Shown here: one piece after another, positions 29,801 through 38,450 of the stretch | Layout: the number at the start of each line of letters is the position of its first letter | How positions within the stretch are numbered: position 1 is the first letter of the stretch | Source of the DNA: a virus | Virus record (IMG/VR): IMGVR_UViG_3300009079_000021 | Span: 4,907-68,906 of that record | DNA length: 64,000 nt | Direction: 5' to 3' (one strand) | Position numbers and translations under genes: made by a program | Notes under the pieces: generated by a model | Databases searched by the model: none | Seen by the model: the letters and a program-made list of their open reading frames with translations, nothing else | What the model was told of the DNA's origin: nothing

Positions 29801-32428
29801 TCTACTACCAACAGTGAATTTGCCAACTTTTCTCAGTAATCCATTACCAATAGTCAGAACACAATCTAAACCAACACCATCAACAGCATTAGTTGGGATA
29901 GTAACAATATCCCCTGGTTGGAATGTTCCATAACCACCTGAGAAAGTTGCACTAGTTACAACTCCATTAGTTGCACTTAAAATAATCGTTCTATTTTGTC
30001 CGGTAGAATCCTTAACAGTAACATTTCCTGATGTAAAATTAGATCCACCACTAGTGATTGCTAAGAAATCATCTCTACCTGAGAGATAAATTCTTGAAGA
30101 AGAATTTGCAACACCATATGCTTGTGTTTTTAAGGTGTCAATAGATTCATAGTAACTATTAGAAAGAGTAGATTCTACATTTCTTGGTGGAATGATATGT
30201 GTAATTTTACCAAGAGCATCTTTCTTAAATGCTTGGTCACTAAATCCAATGGATCTCATCGAATTCATACCAAAATTACTGTTTGAGTTGGTGATACTCA
30301 TGTCACCGCCGTCTTCAGCAATAAAGTGATCTGCGTAACCAACAGCAAAAACAGAAACTGCTTGAATTACAGCACGATTAGATGCCTTTACATGGTAACT
30401 TCTCTGTTTAGGGTTGTAAATTGCTTCTGCATCTGTATGCAAAGAGTCATTACCACTTTGAGTAACAAAAGTAGTGCCATTATACTTAAGAAATGCACTG
30501 TCATCTTTTTGAAGGCTAATCCCCGTATATTGAGCTACGACCATGCTACGGAATCCAGTTGCTCTGGAACCGTCAGCGTGCATCCCACAGATCCCATAGG
30601 TGGATCTAAGTGATACGTTAAAAATATATGGTGATGCAGATTCAACGGTATCAATTTCAACCTGAACATCAGCAGATGGTGAAGCATACTCAACCTGCAT
30701 TCCATTAGTTGAAGTATCACTATCTCCTGGTGATGATGCTTCTAAAGTATCAAGTTGCGTAACTGAAGAAGAAGGAAGAGTATAAGTAAACTCACTCCCA
30801 CTATTGACAGTAGTAACTTGCCTTTGTCCAATATAATATGCGTTGGCATTGTTGTCAGCACTAACTGCTCCTCTAACTGCAACAAAATTACCGGCAGTAA
30901 TTTCAAGTTCTTGAGAAAGAGTTATAGTTACAATACTATTATTTCTAGTTACTTTAGTAACAGATACCTGATCTGCTAATGCACCAACAATTCTATTCTC
31001 TTGAATTTTTGCTTCAATTTTTTCACTAGAGATAACAGAAATTACATCAGATACTTTTCTGTAAAATGTTTTAAGATCGTGTAATGATGCATATTCAAAT
31101 ACAGTCAATTTAGTATGACTAAATTGTAAATCATCAACCAAAGACCATGTTGGTTCTGGTTTTACTGTAGTAGATTTATATACACCTGATGGATCACCAT
31201 CAAAAATTGAGAACTGCCAGAAGTAGCAACCACCAGTAATTCTGAATAAGGCAGTTCTACTATTATCATCTTCATAAGGAAGATCAATAACTATTCCAGC
31301 ACCAATATTAGTTCCATTGCCAACGTCTGTTAAGAGATAATTATGAGGTTTGGAAATTTCAACAGCGATAGAAGAACTACCAGTTTGAGTAGAAATACCA
31401 GTAATTACTGTCCCTTCCTGAATTTTCAGTCCAGTATTTACTGCAGTAATATTACCTGACCCAGATGATCCAGGTACAAAAGTATGAGCTGAAGTTTCTG
31501 AAGAAGTTCCTACGTTAACAGTAATTGTTCCACCTGCGTCGTCTACTGATTGAATACTAATAGTAGTATCAGATGCAGGGTCTGTATTACGAGGATATGT
31601 TACTATAGAATTACCACCATCAGATAAACAAGTAAATGCAAGAGAATTGTCTGCAATACGAATACTATTGTCTGTAGTTAATCCGTGTAATGATCCAATA
31701 TTAAGAATTAACTCACCAGTTGCTGGATCATACTGAGTGCCTGCACCTGCAGTAAATGTATTGCTAATTGAATATCCAGCAACACCCTTCTTAAATATAG
31801 ATCCAATAATAACATCATTAATGTTATTAACACCATCAGGACCGTTTGAAACACCCGTAATAGTTAACTCATTACGGTTAGTATCCGATGCTGTAAAACT
31901 AATCGTAGTTGTACCAGTTACATCATTTGTTCCACCATTAGGAACAAATTTTGGTCTAATCTTTGTTTTTCTAAGGTCCATGCCGACCAAAGAAACACCT
32001 CTAGGAATAATCAGTCCACCACGGACTGAGTTAGTAATTTTATAAAGATCTGCATACTGTCTAGTCGTATCAGACCAACCATATTGCCCAGAGACAGGAC
32101 CAGCAGAGAATGGAACTGCTGATAAAGCACCAACATAATTTGAATTTCCATCAATTGCGTAAGCATAAGATCCTGGACGGTTATCAACAATATGATCACC
32201 AGGATACAACATAATTGTAAACTGGTCAAATTTATCGTCAGCATTACCTGCGCTGACGTATGAATACCTTGCTACCTCAAGAACTGCTCTTGCGATTGTC
32301 TTAAAGGGTCTTAAAGGCGAGTTTCCTTTATTGTCAATTGCATCCGTCGAATCAAAGTCATCGGGATTGACGTAAATAATTCTTCCTTCAACGGAAGATA
32401 TAATGTTCTGCAGTCGGGTTAGTGCCAT
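26804..32428 (-). CDS. giant virion structural/tail fibre protein
   Basis: 1874 aa; N-terminal IIYVNPDDFDSTDAIDNKGNSPLRPFKTIARA is typical of cyanomyovirus fibre proteins. Confidence 0.8.
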   Translation of the reverse strand: MALTRLQNIISSVEGRIIYVNPDDFDSTDAIDNKGNSPLRPFKTIARAVLEVARYSYVSAGNADDKFDQFTIMLYPGDHIVDNRPGSYAYAIDGNSNYVGALSAVPFSAGPVSGQYGWSDTTRQYADLYKITNSVRGGLIIPRGVSLVGMDLRKTKIRPKFVPNGGTNDVTGTTTISFTASDTNRNELTITGVSNGPDGVNNINDVIIGSIFKKGVAGYSISNTFTAGAGTQYDPATGELILNIGSLHGLTTDNSIRIADNSLAFTCLSDGGNSIVTYPRNTDPASDTTISIQSVDDAGGTITVNVGTSSETSAHTFVPGSSGSGNITAVNTGLKIQEGTVITGISTQTGSSSIAVEISKPHNYLLTDVGNGTNIGAGIVIDLPYEDDNSRTALFRITGGCYFWQFSIFDGDPSGVYKSTTVKPEPTWSLVDDLQFSHTKLTVFEYASLHDLKTFYRKVSDVISVISSEKIEAKIQENRIVGALADQVSVTKVTRNNSIVTITLSQELEITAGNFVAVRGAVSADNNANAYYIGQRQVTTVNSGSEFTYTLPSSSVTQLDTLEASSPGDSDTSTNGMQVEYASPSADVQVEIDTVESASPYIFNVSLRSTYGICGMHADGSRATGFRSMVVAQYTGISLQKDDSAFLKYNGTTFVTQSGNDSLHTDAEAIYNPKQRSYHVKASNRAVIQAVSVFAVGYADHFIAEDGGDMSITNSNSNFGMNSMRSIGFSDQAFKKDALGKITHIIPPRNVESTLSNSYYESIDTLKTQAYGVANSSSRIYLSGRDDFLAITSGGSNFTSGNVTVKDSTGQNRTIILSATNGVVTSATFSGGYGTFQPGDIVTIPTNAVDGVGLDCVLTIGNGLLRKVGKFTVGSRVLDKDGSTIKDNIYVPLYETSSATATSERYAEITPSLGNVFDYDSTNPQTNTAGGWYINVDSSTNQIYTAINGNTKYGLNKIEVTPTSYIKRIVDERVDDDKIYRLRYVTQSVSGSPTDPSPSFPQRGYVLQVKRGQDILGRGDRFTDGANLLLLNKYFLAHEAVARWINDNVGNSELNLASERLSCIDDLVNIIEAVAYNLRYGGNDQVFSAANNYITGTGAGANGIQGERDETVNILDNYLKQLMTYVINNGVTGSPVNTPSIGSIENNNTSGNNSNNYGLPNVINPQTISSEEQLINVFGGCTNVRDAAFTLVDIIVQALGSDTTPGNLNSITSTTPADEDIKYNRISGHDYNDVYYVYEVEEVTPFKKATTTIPEVPGVYYLTVLKGSIPVSTNVLPGNTFKLSQNIDNIYPEIDINNIINDPIIADSIADPITIGVVNTTNGLDNNDQSLNNSFSITKESLSYFFDEYLNNELEWDWSGKLSASSSVDHSYIVNGNSEAHDLISTNIQTGIGTGEVRKIPINPRRPTDAIEVELRRPSTIRSGNHTFEYVGFGPGNYSTAFPIKQNKVLTNAEVKYSQSLKEQGGIAFYSGLNSQGDLYIGNTVINAVTGKTTSNEISELNSLTLKDNLTVIGGSGNTITSTFQGPVTFLKDTTFDSEDNFFSAIKIRNPDGIVTKIINRDSVDALTSNILGDTVLNTNPLNGGNRGWIYTEDNEWREQGIIGVEKIHSYKDGSNYTLNIGSDIGIANINTNYDLDVTTNQRIGTNLDIGVGLTGSQPGISVSKQSRLHISQTWSGSTLEYRPLEIDIAGAPVGAPESRIIDAKVGGNSVFNVDKVGNVNIPVGASYGLSKKAFSTTILIKSVANTTNNQDTITTLGAGSQLTIDVAVYQGSTQVSGSNGVITRSFGHRMTNQLVDFLYYGASVDTPHVSGSARDADVGGIGNLADFNTRSMIVYVNGVIQQPYFDYHFDGTYLYFNGSIAVDGRIDIRCLAN

Positions 32429-32466
32429 TAAGTCGTCCTAGTATAACACAGATCTATTTCTTAGTT

Positions 32467-32634
32467 TTATTTATACTCTTTACGAACCTTCTTTACGGAC
32501 TTCAATTCAGTTTTAATATTTTGATAAGCACACTCGGCATCAATTTTACCTGCAAACTCCATTGCACAGATGATTTCTACCTTTTTACCAAATCCACTCA
32601 ATGCTCTGTCAAATCCGTCGTGTTTGGAATACAT
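32467..32634 (-). CDS. 55-aa hypothetical protein (MYSKHDGFDRALSGFGKKVEIICAMEFAGKIDAECAYQNIK...)
   Basis: Read manually; resembles a small cyanobacterial/cyanophage family. Confidence 0.65.
   Translation of the reverse strand: MYSKHDGFDRALSGFGKKVEIICAMEFAGKIDAECAYQNIKTELKSVKKVRKEYK
32468..32475 (-). promoter_or_regulatory. T4-type late promoter TATAAATA heading the giant-gene operon
   Basis: Exact consensus about 40 nt upstream of the ATG at 32428. Confidence 0.7.
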
Positions 32635-32789
32635 GTTTCTATTGCATTTATTGTATCTAGGTACATATCATATGGAACCATAACAGCATTATGTTTACCA
32701 TCAGTCACACCTATGATAGAACCTTCTTCCACACGTGCGATCAATTCATCCCAATGCTCTTGCCAGTATTCAATAGTGTAAGTTTCCAT
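32598..32789 (-). CDS. small protein with Phd/YefM-like pattern
   Basis: WDELIARVEEGSIIGVT..G...AVMVP pattern. Confidence 0.55.
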   Translation of the reverse strand: METYTIEYWQEHWDELIARVEEGSIIGVTDGKHNAVMVPYDMYLDTINAIETCIPNTTDLTEH

Positions 32790-32796
32790 AATAGTA

Positions 32797-32991
32797 CTAA
32801 GAAGGTTTGTTATACTCTTTCTTAGTTTTGAAGTAGAGTTTATAGTATGGTCTTTTCATTTCGTCAAGGATTTTCATGTCCTCCTCAAAACCCATATATT
32901 TACAGAGTTGATAGGACCCCTCCAACTCACTAATCAATCTTAGTATGTTAGCAGGATGCCTTTCAAGTCCACCAAAATCATATTTACTCAT
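32797..32991 (-). CDS. conserved-type cyanophage hypothetical protein
   Basis: ORF track, 64 aa, translationally coupled. Confidence 0.7.
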   Translation of the reverse strand: MSKYDFGGLERHPANILRLISELEGSYQLCKYMGFEEDMKILDEMKRPYYKLYFKTKKEYNKPS

Positions 32992-33251
32992 GCTGGTGGG
33001 AGTTCAGAAATTTCATCTAATTCTACTGGAAATAATAATGGATGGAGTTCTTCCATCATAAGATACTCACTGTTCTTTGTCAATTGCTCAACATCGATAG
33101 CATCTTCAGATCCTGCCATTGCTTTTACGTAAGGATCCTCTCTCTCTGTTTCTGAAATGTCATCATAAATAAATGGCATTCCATTTAAGTAGTAGACAAG
33201 TACAATTCCTATGTAATTAACGTGTCTGTAGTCACATCTTAATTTGTACAT
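32988..33251 (-). CDS. hypothetical protein (start MYKLRCDY)
   Basis: The ORF-track start lies inside the tRNA; ATG at 33251 follows it. Confidence 0.7.
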   Translation of the reverse strand: MYKLRCDYRHVNYIGIVLVYYLNGMPFIYDDISETEREDPYVKAMAGSEDAIDVEQLTKNSEYLMMEELHPLLFPVELDEISELPPA

Positions 33252-33259
33252 TTCTTTAA

Positions 33260-33344
33260 TAGGAGCGGGGGGACTTGAACCCCCACGACTTATATAGTCA
33301 GCGGATTTTAAGTCCGATACGTCTACCGATTCCGTCACGCTCCC
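33260..33344 (-). tRNA. tRNA-Leu (anticodon TAA), CCA not encoded
   Basis: GGGAGCG acceptor stem, CT-TAA-AA loop, long variable arm, GGTTCAAGTCC T-arm. Confidence 0.95.
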
Positions 33345-33361
33345 AAGAAATAGATTAGAAT

Positions 33362-33541
33362 TTAGAAATCATAATTGACTTCAAATCGTTCTGAATTTTC
33401 ACGTACCAAACCCAAAACCTGCTGAAACTCATCAGGTGTTCTACAATCAACGCTTAACTCTCTACCTAGATCAGAATGAAGTGTAATTACCCGTTTGGTA
33501 ATACTCACCTCTACCCTGCAAACAGATTCGTCAGTAAACAT
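33362..33541 (-). CDS. 59-aa hypothetical protein (MFTDESVCRVEVSITKRVITLHSD...)
   Basis: Read manually; downstream of a sigma70 promoter. Confidence 0.7.
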   Translation of the reverse strand: MFTDESVCRVEVSITKRVITLHSDLGRELSVDCRTPDEFQQVLGLVRENSERFEVNYDF

Positions 33542-33568
33542 AGTGTATGTGCTTTTGTGAACTTTGTA

Positions 33569-33597
33569 AGTATACCATGAGGATTGGTCGTTGTCAA
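33569..33597 (-). promoter_or_regulatory. sigma70-like promoter TTGACA-N17-TATACT with extended TG
   Basis: Near-consensus match. Confidence 0.75.
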
Positions 33598-33604
33598 CCC
33601 CCCC

Positions 33605-34570
33605 TTAGTTAAGGTACACTCCTGTGAGACAATCAACATCAAGGAACGGACCACCAGCAAACAGATTCATGGTTCCCAGGGTGGCAACGGTACTGATGTT
33701 GCCAAGAGCAGTGGTATGGTTAATAGCACCAGTTGCTACCATTACATTAAATGCTGGTTCAGTGGGTGCTAGAGGACCCGTAGGGACCGCTGTAGGAGAT
33801 CCTATCACTCTTAGACCAGTAATGGCGTAATTAACTTTACCATTAACTACAAAGTCCAAATTGCTGAGTGTAGTGCATCGAATATGACCCAGTGAATTGA
33901 AAATCATATCACCTGCTGATCTAATTTCCATAGTACCACCAGGACTTGTTTGCTCAATGATATATGTTCCAGCAAATGAATCACGCATCACACCACCAGG
34001 TTTCAAATCTCTTTGCATATTGGTGGCAGTTGTAACAGATTTACCTGCAGAACACTTATGGTCTCCAGAAATATTCTCACCAAGTTCAGAGTAATTATAT
34101 AACGAAGCACCCTTAACAGTTAAATTATCCTCACCATTGATGGTGGTATAACGATTGCCCTTAACATTAGTATGCATGTCACCTTCAATGTCCATATGGA
34201 CATTACCGGTAACATTAAGAACAAACCTATCATTTTTACTAGGATCTTCAATATCCATTGTTGATCCGTTTTTAATGTTAATATGCCTTGCAGCAATTAT
34301 ATTAACATCTCTTACCGGAGTATGTAATTGGATGTCACCGTTGGCAAACATTTTAATGTATGCACCAGTAGTTCCATGCCTGAAGTTAATATACTCATTA
34401 TCCTCAGTTTCATTAAACTCCCACTTATGTCCACAAGCAAATGTTTTTGCTTTGTTATAAGGATACTTTACTGCTCCATTTTCTTGAGTTTTTTTAATGC
34501 TGTCTGCTGCCTCAATAGCAGCATCAGACATACCATTCTTTTTTGCTAGTTCTTTATCAAAATTAGGCAT
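33605..34570 (-). CDS. gp5 C-terminal-like baseplate spike (beta-helix) protein
   Basis: YPYNKAKTF..GH..EF.....EYINFRHGTTG motif and VxG repeats; TGATG coupling to the upstream gp5. Confidence 0.75.
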   Translation of the reverse strand: MPNFDKELAKKNGMSDAAIEAADSIKKTQENGAVKYPYNKAKTFACGHKWEFNETEDNEYINFRHGTTGAYIKMFANGDIQLHTPVRDVNIIAARHINIKNGSTMDIEDPSKNDRFVLNVTGNVHMDIEGDMHTNVKGNRYTTINGEDNLTVKGASLYNYSELGENISGDHKCSAGKSVTTATNMQRDLKPGGVMRDSFAGTYIIEQTSPGGTMEIRSAGDMIFNSLGHIRCTTLSNLDFVVNGKVNYAITGLRVIGSPTAVPTGPLAPTEPAFNVMVATGAINHTTALGNISTVATLGTMNLFAGGPFLDVDCLTGVYLN

Positions 34571-36870
34571 CAATAATCTCCAGGGAATCCTACACAATCA
34601 ATAATGTCGCGATAATCATCAAACAAATTGAGATAATCTTTAGCGTCTTTTCTAGGAATGTATCTTAGAACTGGTTGAATTTTTACTCTACGTTGATCAC
34701 TAGAATCAATATTTGAATTAGTACATGCCATATACATTTTAGGCGGTGATGTAAACCCAAATCCTTCTTTAATTACTTTGATAGAAATTAATCTTCCATT
34801 TACAATAACTGGTTCTAATTCAGGTAAAACTACATTAGTTCCCTCATCTTTACCAGGTTCAACAATAATACCACAAGTACCATCTAAATTTTCACCCGCA
34901 TTGAGAACTTGTGGAGGATTATTAGGAGTAATAATTCCTATCCAATACGGATTTTCAGCATAGATTCCATAGATTCTATCATAATCTGGTTCTCCAGTGC
35001 CATTATTAGTACTGTCTCCAGTGCCATTATTAGTACTGTCTCCAGTGCCATTATTAGTACTGTCTCCAGTGCCATTGGTGCCAGATCCAGTACCATCTTG
35101 ATTACCAATTAGAGGAATTCTAGGATTTAAATTTGATCCATCAAAATACGGATACCCTCCTCCACCATTTATTACAATAAGATCTTCAATTTTTCCATTT
35201 TTAATAATTGGTTTAAGTTCAGCACCTGATCCCCAATCTCTATAAGGTTTTACTGAAATTTTTACTCCAGGAGAAATATCAACCCCAGGATTTGTAATTT
35301 TTGCACCGATAATTTTTCCCTTACTATTAATAACTGGAATTGCTCTTGGATACTTAGAACCCTTTGAATAAGTTCCAGGAAACGGACCAGGAAAATCTCC
35401 AACAGCAGCATCAAACTTATATTTAAGACCAGTAAATACAAGTTCTGGAATGGCAGGAAATGTAAACTTATTAGATTTAGAACAATTTAATGTTCCTTTT
35501 GATACATTACCATCGCTATCAATGATTTGAGTATTCTCAAATGTAGACAGGAAAGAATCACTTCCAAATAATCCAATTTTAGCATCATTTGGAAGATTTC
35601 CAAATGTTTCAATTCTATTCATAAAACTACCAACAGAATTGTCACTACTTTCACCTTCTTTAGTTGTATATTCACCAATACCAAGAATACAGGAAAGTTG
35701 ACCATCACAAAATAGAGCAACTAATTCACCAATTTTGCTTAACCAACTTCCACCCCAATCTCCATACTGAGAAATAAGTGAAGTTACATTGCTTAAAGCA
35801 CCAAGTGCTGAACCAACCAAATCACTAATTTTTGATGTAATACCAGAAATAATATCCTGGACCATACAAAATGCACTGTTTACAGCGTCGTCAATAATCC
35901 CAGTAACAATGTCTAGAATTAAGTTTAATAACTCCTCTAAGATAGTTCCAAAAATACATTTAAAAATTTCAATGAATACATCACCTAGTTTATTAGCACC
36001 CCAAATAATTTCTGAATCTTTTGTGGGTTTAAGTGCTAATGCAGTAGTAATTGGTGTAATAATAAATTGTTGAAAATACTTTTTAAACTCACTAAGAATT
36101 AATTGTTTAATATCCCCAAGAATACCACTTGCTGCTGCTGCTAATCTACTAACATATGTTTGAATAATACCAGCAGTTTCAACAATATTGCCAGTTAGTT
36201 TATTTACAAAAACCCCACCAATCTTTTCATTCTTTCCTGTAAATTGAAAAAGATCGTTTAAAATTTTAGCAAAGTCACCTTCTGGTCTAGGACCACATTT
36301 GCCATTTGAAACAGTAAAAGTTTGTCTTTCATTACTTTCCTGTTCTTTATCATTGGCACTAAATGTTCCGGTGTTTTCGCCCCGATTTGACTGACCATGA
36401 CCACCCGAAGATGCTTTATTGTTTTTTACCTTTTCTGGGTGTGTCGCAGCATGATCATTTGAAAGACCCTTATCCGATACTCTATCAGTATAAGTTTGTT
36501 GTCTTTTATCTACAATTCCGATAGAACCCATCACAAGAGGTTGTTGAGCACTTTCACCATCCATGAAAGTTCCAAGCACCCACATACCATTTTCAAGACC
36601 ATGAACTACACCAGCAGAATGTCTACTAATGGTCTCAGTTGTTGGCATTAAAACGGTTGCCCAAGGAAGATCAAGAGATTTGAGTTGAGATCTACTTCTA
36701 GTGTGATATCCCATAATCCTAACCTTAACTCGGTTAGATTCTTGATAATCTACACACTCATCTCCTGTAATGGTTTTATCACCATCACACTCAACTTGAC
36801 CCACCCAGAGACGATTACCTTGCGCTCCAAACCAGTAATTAGATTCTAATGTAGGGGCAGCACCTAACAT
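34570..36870 (-). CDS. gp5: baseplate hub subunit gp5 (OB-fold N-terminal part)
   Basis: WVGQVE...RVKVRIMGYH...LPWA...WVLGTFMDGESAQQPLVMG gp5 OB-fold motif. Confidence 0.85.
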   Translation of the reverse strand: MLGAAPTLESNYWFGAQGNRLWVGQVECDGDKTITGDECVDYQESNRVKVRIMGYHTRSRSQLKSLDLPWATVLMPTTETISRHSAGVVHGLENGMWVLGTFMDGESAQQPLVMGSIGIVDKRQQTYTDRVSDKGLSNDHAATHPEKVKNNKASSGGHGQSNRGENTGTFSANDKEQESNERQTFTVSNGKCGPRPEGDFAKILNDLFQFTGKNEKIGGVFVNKLTGNIVETAGIIQTYVSRLAAAASGILGDIKQLILSEFKKYFQQFIITPITTALALKPTKDSEIIWGANKLGDVFIEIFKCIFGTILEELLNLILDIVTGIIDDAVNSAFCMVQDIISGITSKISDLVGSALGALSNVTSLISQYGDWGGSWLSKIGELVALFCDGQLSCILGIGEYTTKEGESSDNSVGSFMNRIETFGNLPNDAKIGLFGSDSFLSTFENTQIIDSDGNVSKGTLNCSKSNKFTFPAIPELVFTGLKYKFDAAVGDFPGPFPGTYSKGSKYPRAIPVINSKGKIIGAKITNPGVDISPGVKISVKPYRDWGSGAELKPIIKNGKIEDLIVINGGGGYPYFDGSNLNPRIPLIGNQDGTGSGTNGTGDSTNNGTGDSTNNGTGDSTNNGTGEPDYDRIYGIYAENPYWIGIITPNNPPQVLNAGENLDGTCGIIVEPGKDEGTNVVLPELEPVIVNGRLISIKVIKEGFGFTSPPKMYMACTNSNIDSSDQRRVKIQPVLRYIPRKDAKDYLNLFDDYRDIIDCVGFPGDY
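34991..35076. repeat. 24-bp perfect tandem repeat, ~3.6 copies, encoding (NNGTGDST)n
   Basis: TCTCCAGTGCCATTATTAGTACTG repeated. Confidence 0.9.
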
Positions 36871-36876
36871 ACGCTA

Positions 36877-37104
36877 TCAATCCTCGTAAATTCTACATTC
36901 GTCTGCGTCTGGTTCCATTTCACAAAACAATTCTAAAGGTGAGGGATCATGATGATCTCCTGCCTCAATTTCTTGTTTGTGATTTTGTGCATAAATTTCA
37001 AGTTCTTGTAATTCACCCTCAATGTGACGACGTTGATTAGGTGAAGTCATAGGATTGTCAAGAATCTCCTTATCCTTGGCAATGTGTGCTTCGATGTTTT
37101 CCAT
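36877..37104 (-). CDS. cp12: CP12 Calvin-cycle inhibitor (auxiliary metabolic gene)
   Basis: C-terminal PLELFCEMEPDADECRIYED signature. Confidence 0.92.
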   Translation of the reverse strand: MENIEAHIAKDKEILDNPMTSPNQRRHIEGELQELEIYAQNHKQEIEAGDHHDPSPLELFCEMEPDADECRIYED

Positions 37105-37106
37105 TT

Positions 37107-38450
37107 TTATACTCCGAATGAATCTCGTACTAAAGTTAGTTTGGTTGTTAACTTGTCCTCAGATTTTGAAAAAATATGAGTTAAGTCGAAGATAACATAG
37201 CGTCCACTGTAGGTTTTGTCAACCTTTCCATCAGCACCTGAAAACTCAATGTTGATAACCTCACCTGCGTTGATTGCCATGTTTCCATAAACGTTTGCAG
37301 TTAGGATAGTATTTGAGAAAACTCCCATTCTTTGAATAGATTGAGAAATGGTTTCTTTAAATAACATTTTACTTTCAGTGTTCTTCTCAGAACCAGGTTC
37401 TAAGAACAAATCATCATTATATGAAACCGCCATGGTACGTGTAGGACGATCATCCAATACATCACTATATAGTTGCGGCAATTCATTGTTTTCTGCAACT
37501 TTTTTCCATTTAGGATAATTTTCTTTCAATGTATATGGTTCACTAATCACTTCACAGTTTACCGTATCAAAAAAATCTACAGTTCCTGAAAAGAATCCTC
37601 TATCAAAATCTGCCATCATATTCACTGCTTTAGGAAATGCAGGACTATTTAATCTAAAAACTTCATCAGTTCCACTTAGTCCAGTACCAGTAGTATATGT
37701 AAATTGAGATGCCGGTTGACTCGCAATAGAATCAATTGATTTAAAGTAATATCCTTTGTAAGATTCCCAGAACAAATATCCAGCACTTACATATTTTCCA
37801 CCTGCTGCAGTAGTTTTTTGATCCTTGGAAATATATTTGTTTCTACACCATACTAAAATATCATATGGTCTAGACATTGGTGGAACAAATGTTAACTTGT
37901 TCAAACTAGAAGAAACATTATCTAAATATTGCTTTTTAGTTTTTAAAAAGTTTCCAAGAATATCTTGAACTAAATCTGATGCCGGAATTGCATTATACTT
38001 TTTGCAAACTCTTTGTTGTGCTGATTCTAATGCATCCTTTCTACACAACTCAAGAACTACAACTTTACCTGTATCAATTACTTGCTTATCATGTATTTGA
38101 TACACATATAAAGGTCCATTCATTGACTCCTCAGTGAATTCATATTTTACATTAGTAAGATTATCTTGAACAATAAGTTCAACCTTTTCCATACCAACAA
38201 GAACATCACTTAATTGGTTTGTAGTATCACCAATTTGCAAAGTAACAGAAATAAATTGATTTAATAATCCCTCTCTATATTCAAATTGCAATATAGAAGA
38301 TTTATCAATAAAAACTCTATTTTTATTTTGAGGATCATCTACCTCGGCAAACGTAATAGATACTCCTAATATTCTAAAATTCTTAAGAAGAAGTGGTGCT
38401 GACATTCCATCAGACATATCAATAACCTCCTGGTTGTAACATAGGGTCAC
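37107..38450 (-). CDS. baseplate hub protein (gp27/late-control D-like); start may be slightly downstream
   Basis: YLFWESYKGYYFKSIDS and GNMAINAGEVI...YSGRYVI..LTHIF motifs; lies upstream of gp5. Confidence 0.7.
   Translation of the reverse strand: MTLCYNQEVIDMSDGMSAPLLLKNFRILGVSITFAEVDDPQNKNRVFIDKSSILQFEYREGLLNQFISVTLQIGDTTNQLSDVLVGMEKVELIVQDNLTNVKYEFTEESMNGPLYVYQIHDKQVIDTGKVVVLELCRKDALESAQQRVCKKYNAIPASDLVQDILGNFLKTKKQYLDNVSSSLNKLTFVPPMSRPYDILVWCRNKYISKDQKTTAAGGKYVSAGYLFWESYKGYYFKSIDSIASQPASQFTYTTGTGLSGTDEVFRLNSPAFPKAVNMMADFDRGFFSGTVDFFDTVNCEVISEPYTLKENYPKWKKVAENNELPQLYSDVLDDRPTRTMAVSYNDDLFLEPGSEKNTESKMLFKETISQSIQRMGVFSNTILTANVYGNMAINAGEVINIEFSGADGKVDKTYSGRYVIFDLTHIFSKSEDKLTTKLTLVRDSFGV

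Noticed and set aside
4702-32244. Many 60-130 aa alternative-frame or antisense ORFs inside the giant genes
   Set aside because: Expected by chance within long ORFs; no SD or recognisable motifs
32598-32991. Toxin-antitoxin pair suggested by the Phd/YefM-like ORF
   Set aside because: No neighbouring ORF resembles a known toxin
33252-33338. N-terminal extension of the ORF 32988..33338
   Set aside because: It is the tRNA-Leu sequence; the real start is at 33251
34560-34600. Frameshift joining the two gp5 halves
   Set aside because: The junction is a TGATG stop-start overlap with GGAG upstream, which indicates translational coupling; no slippery site
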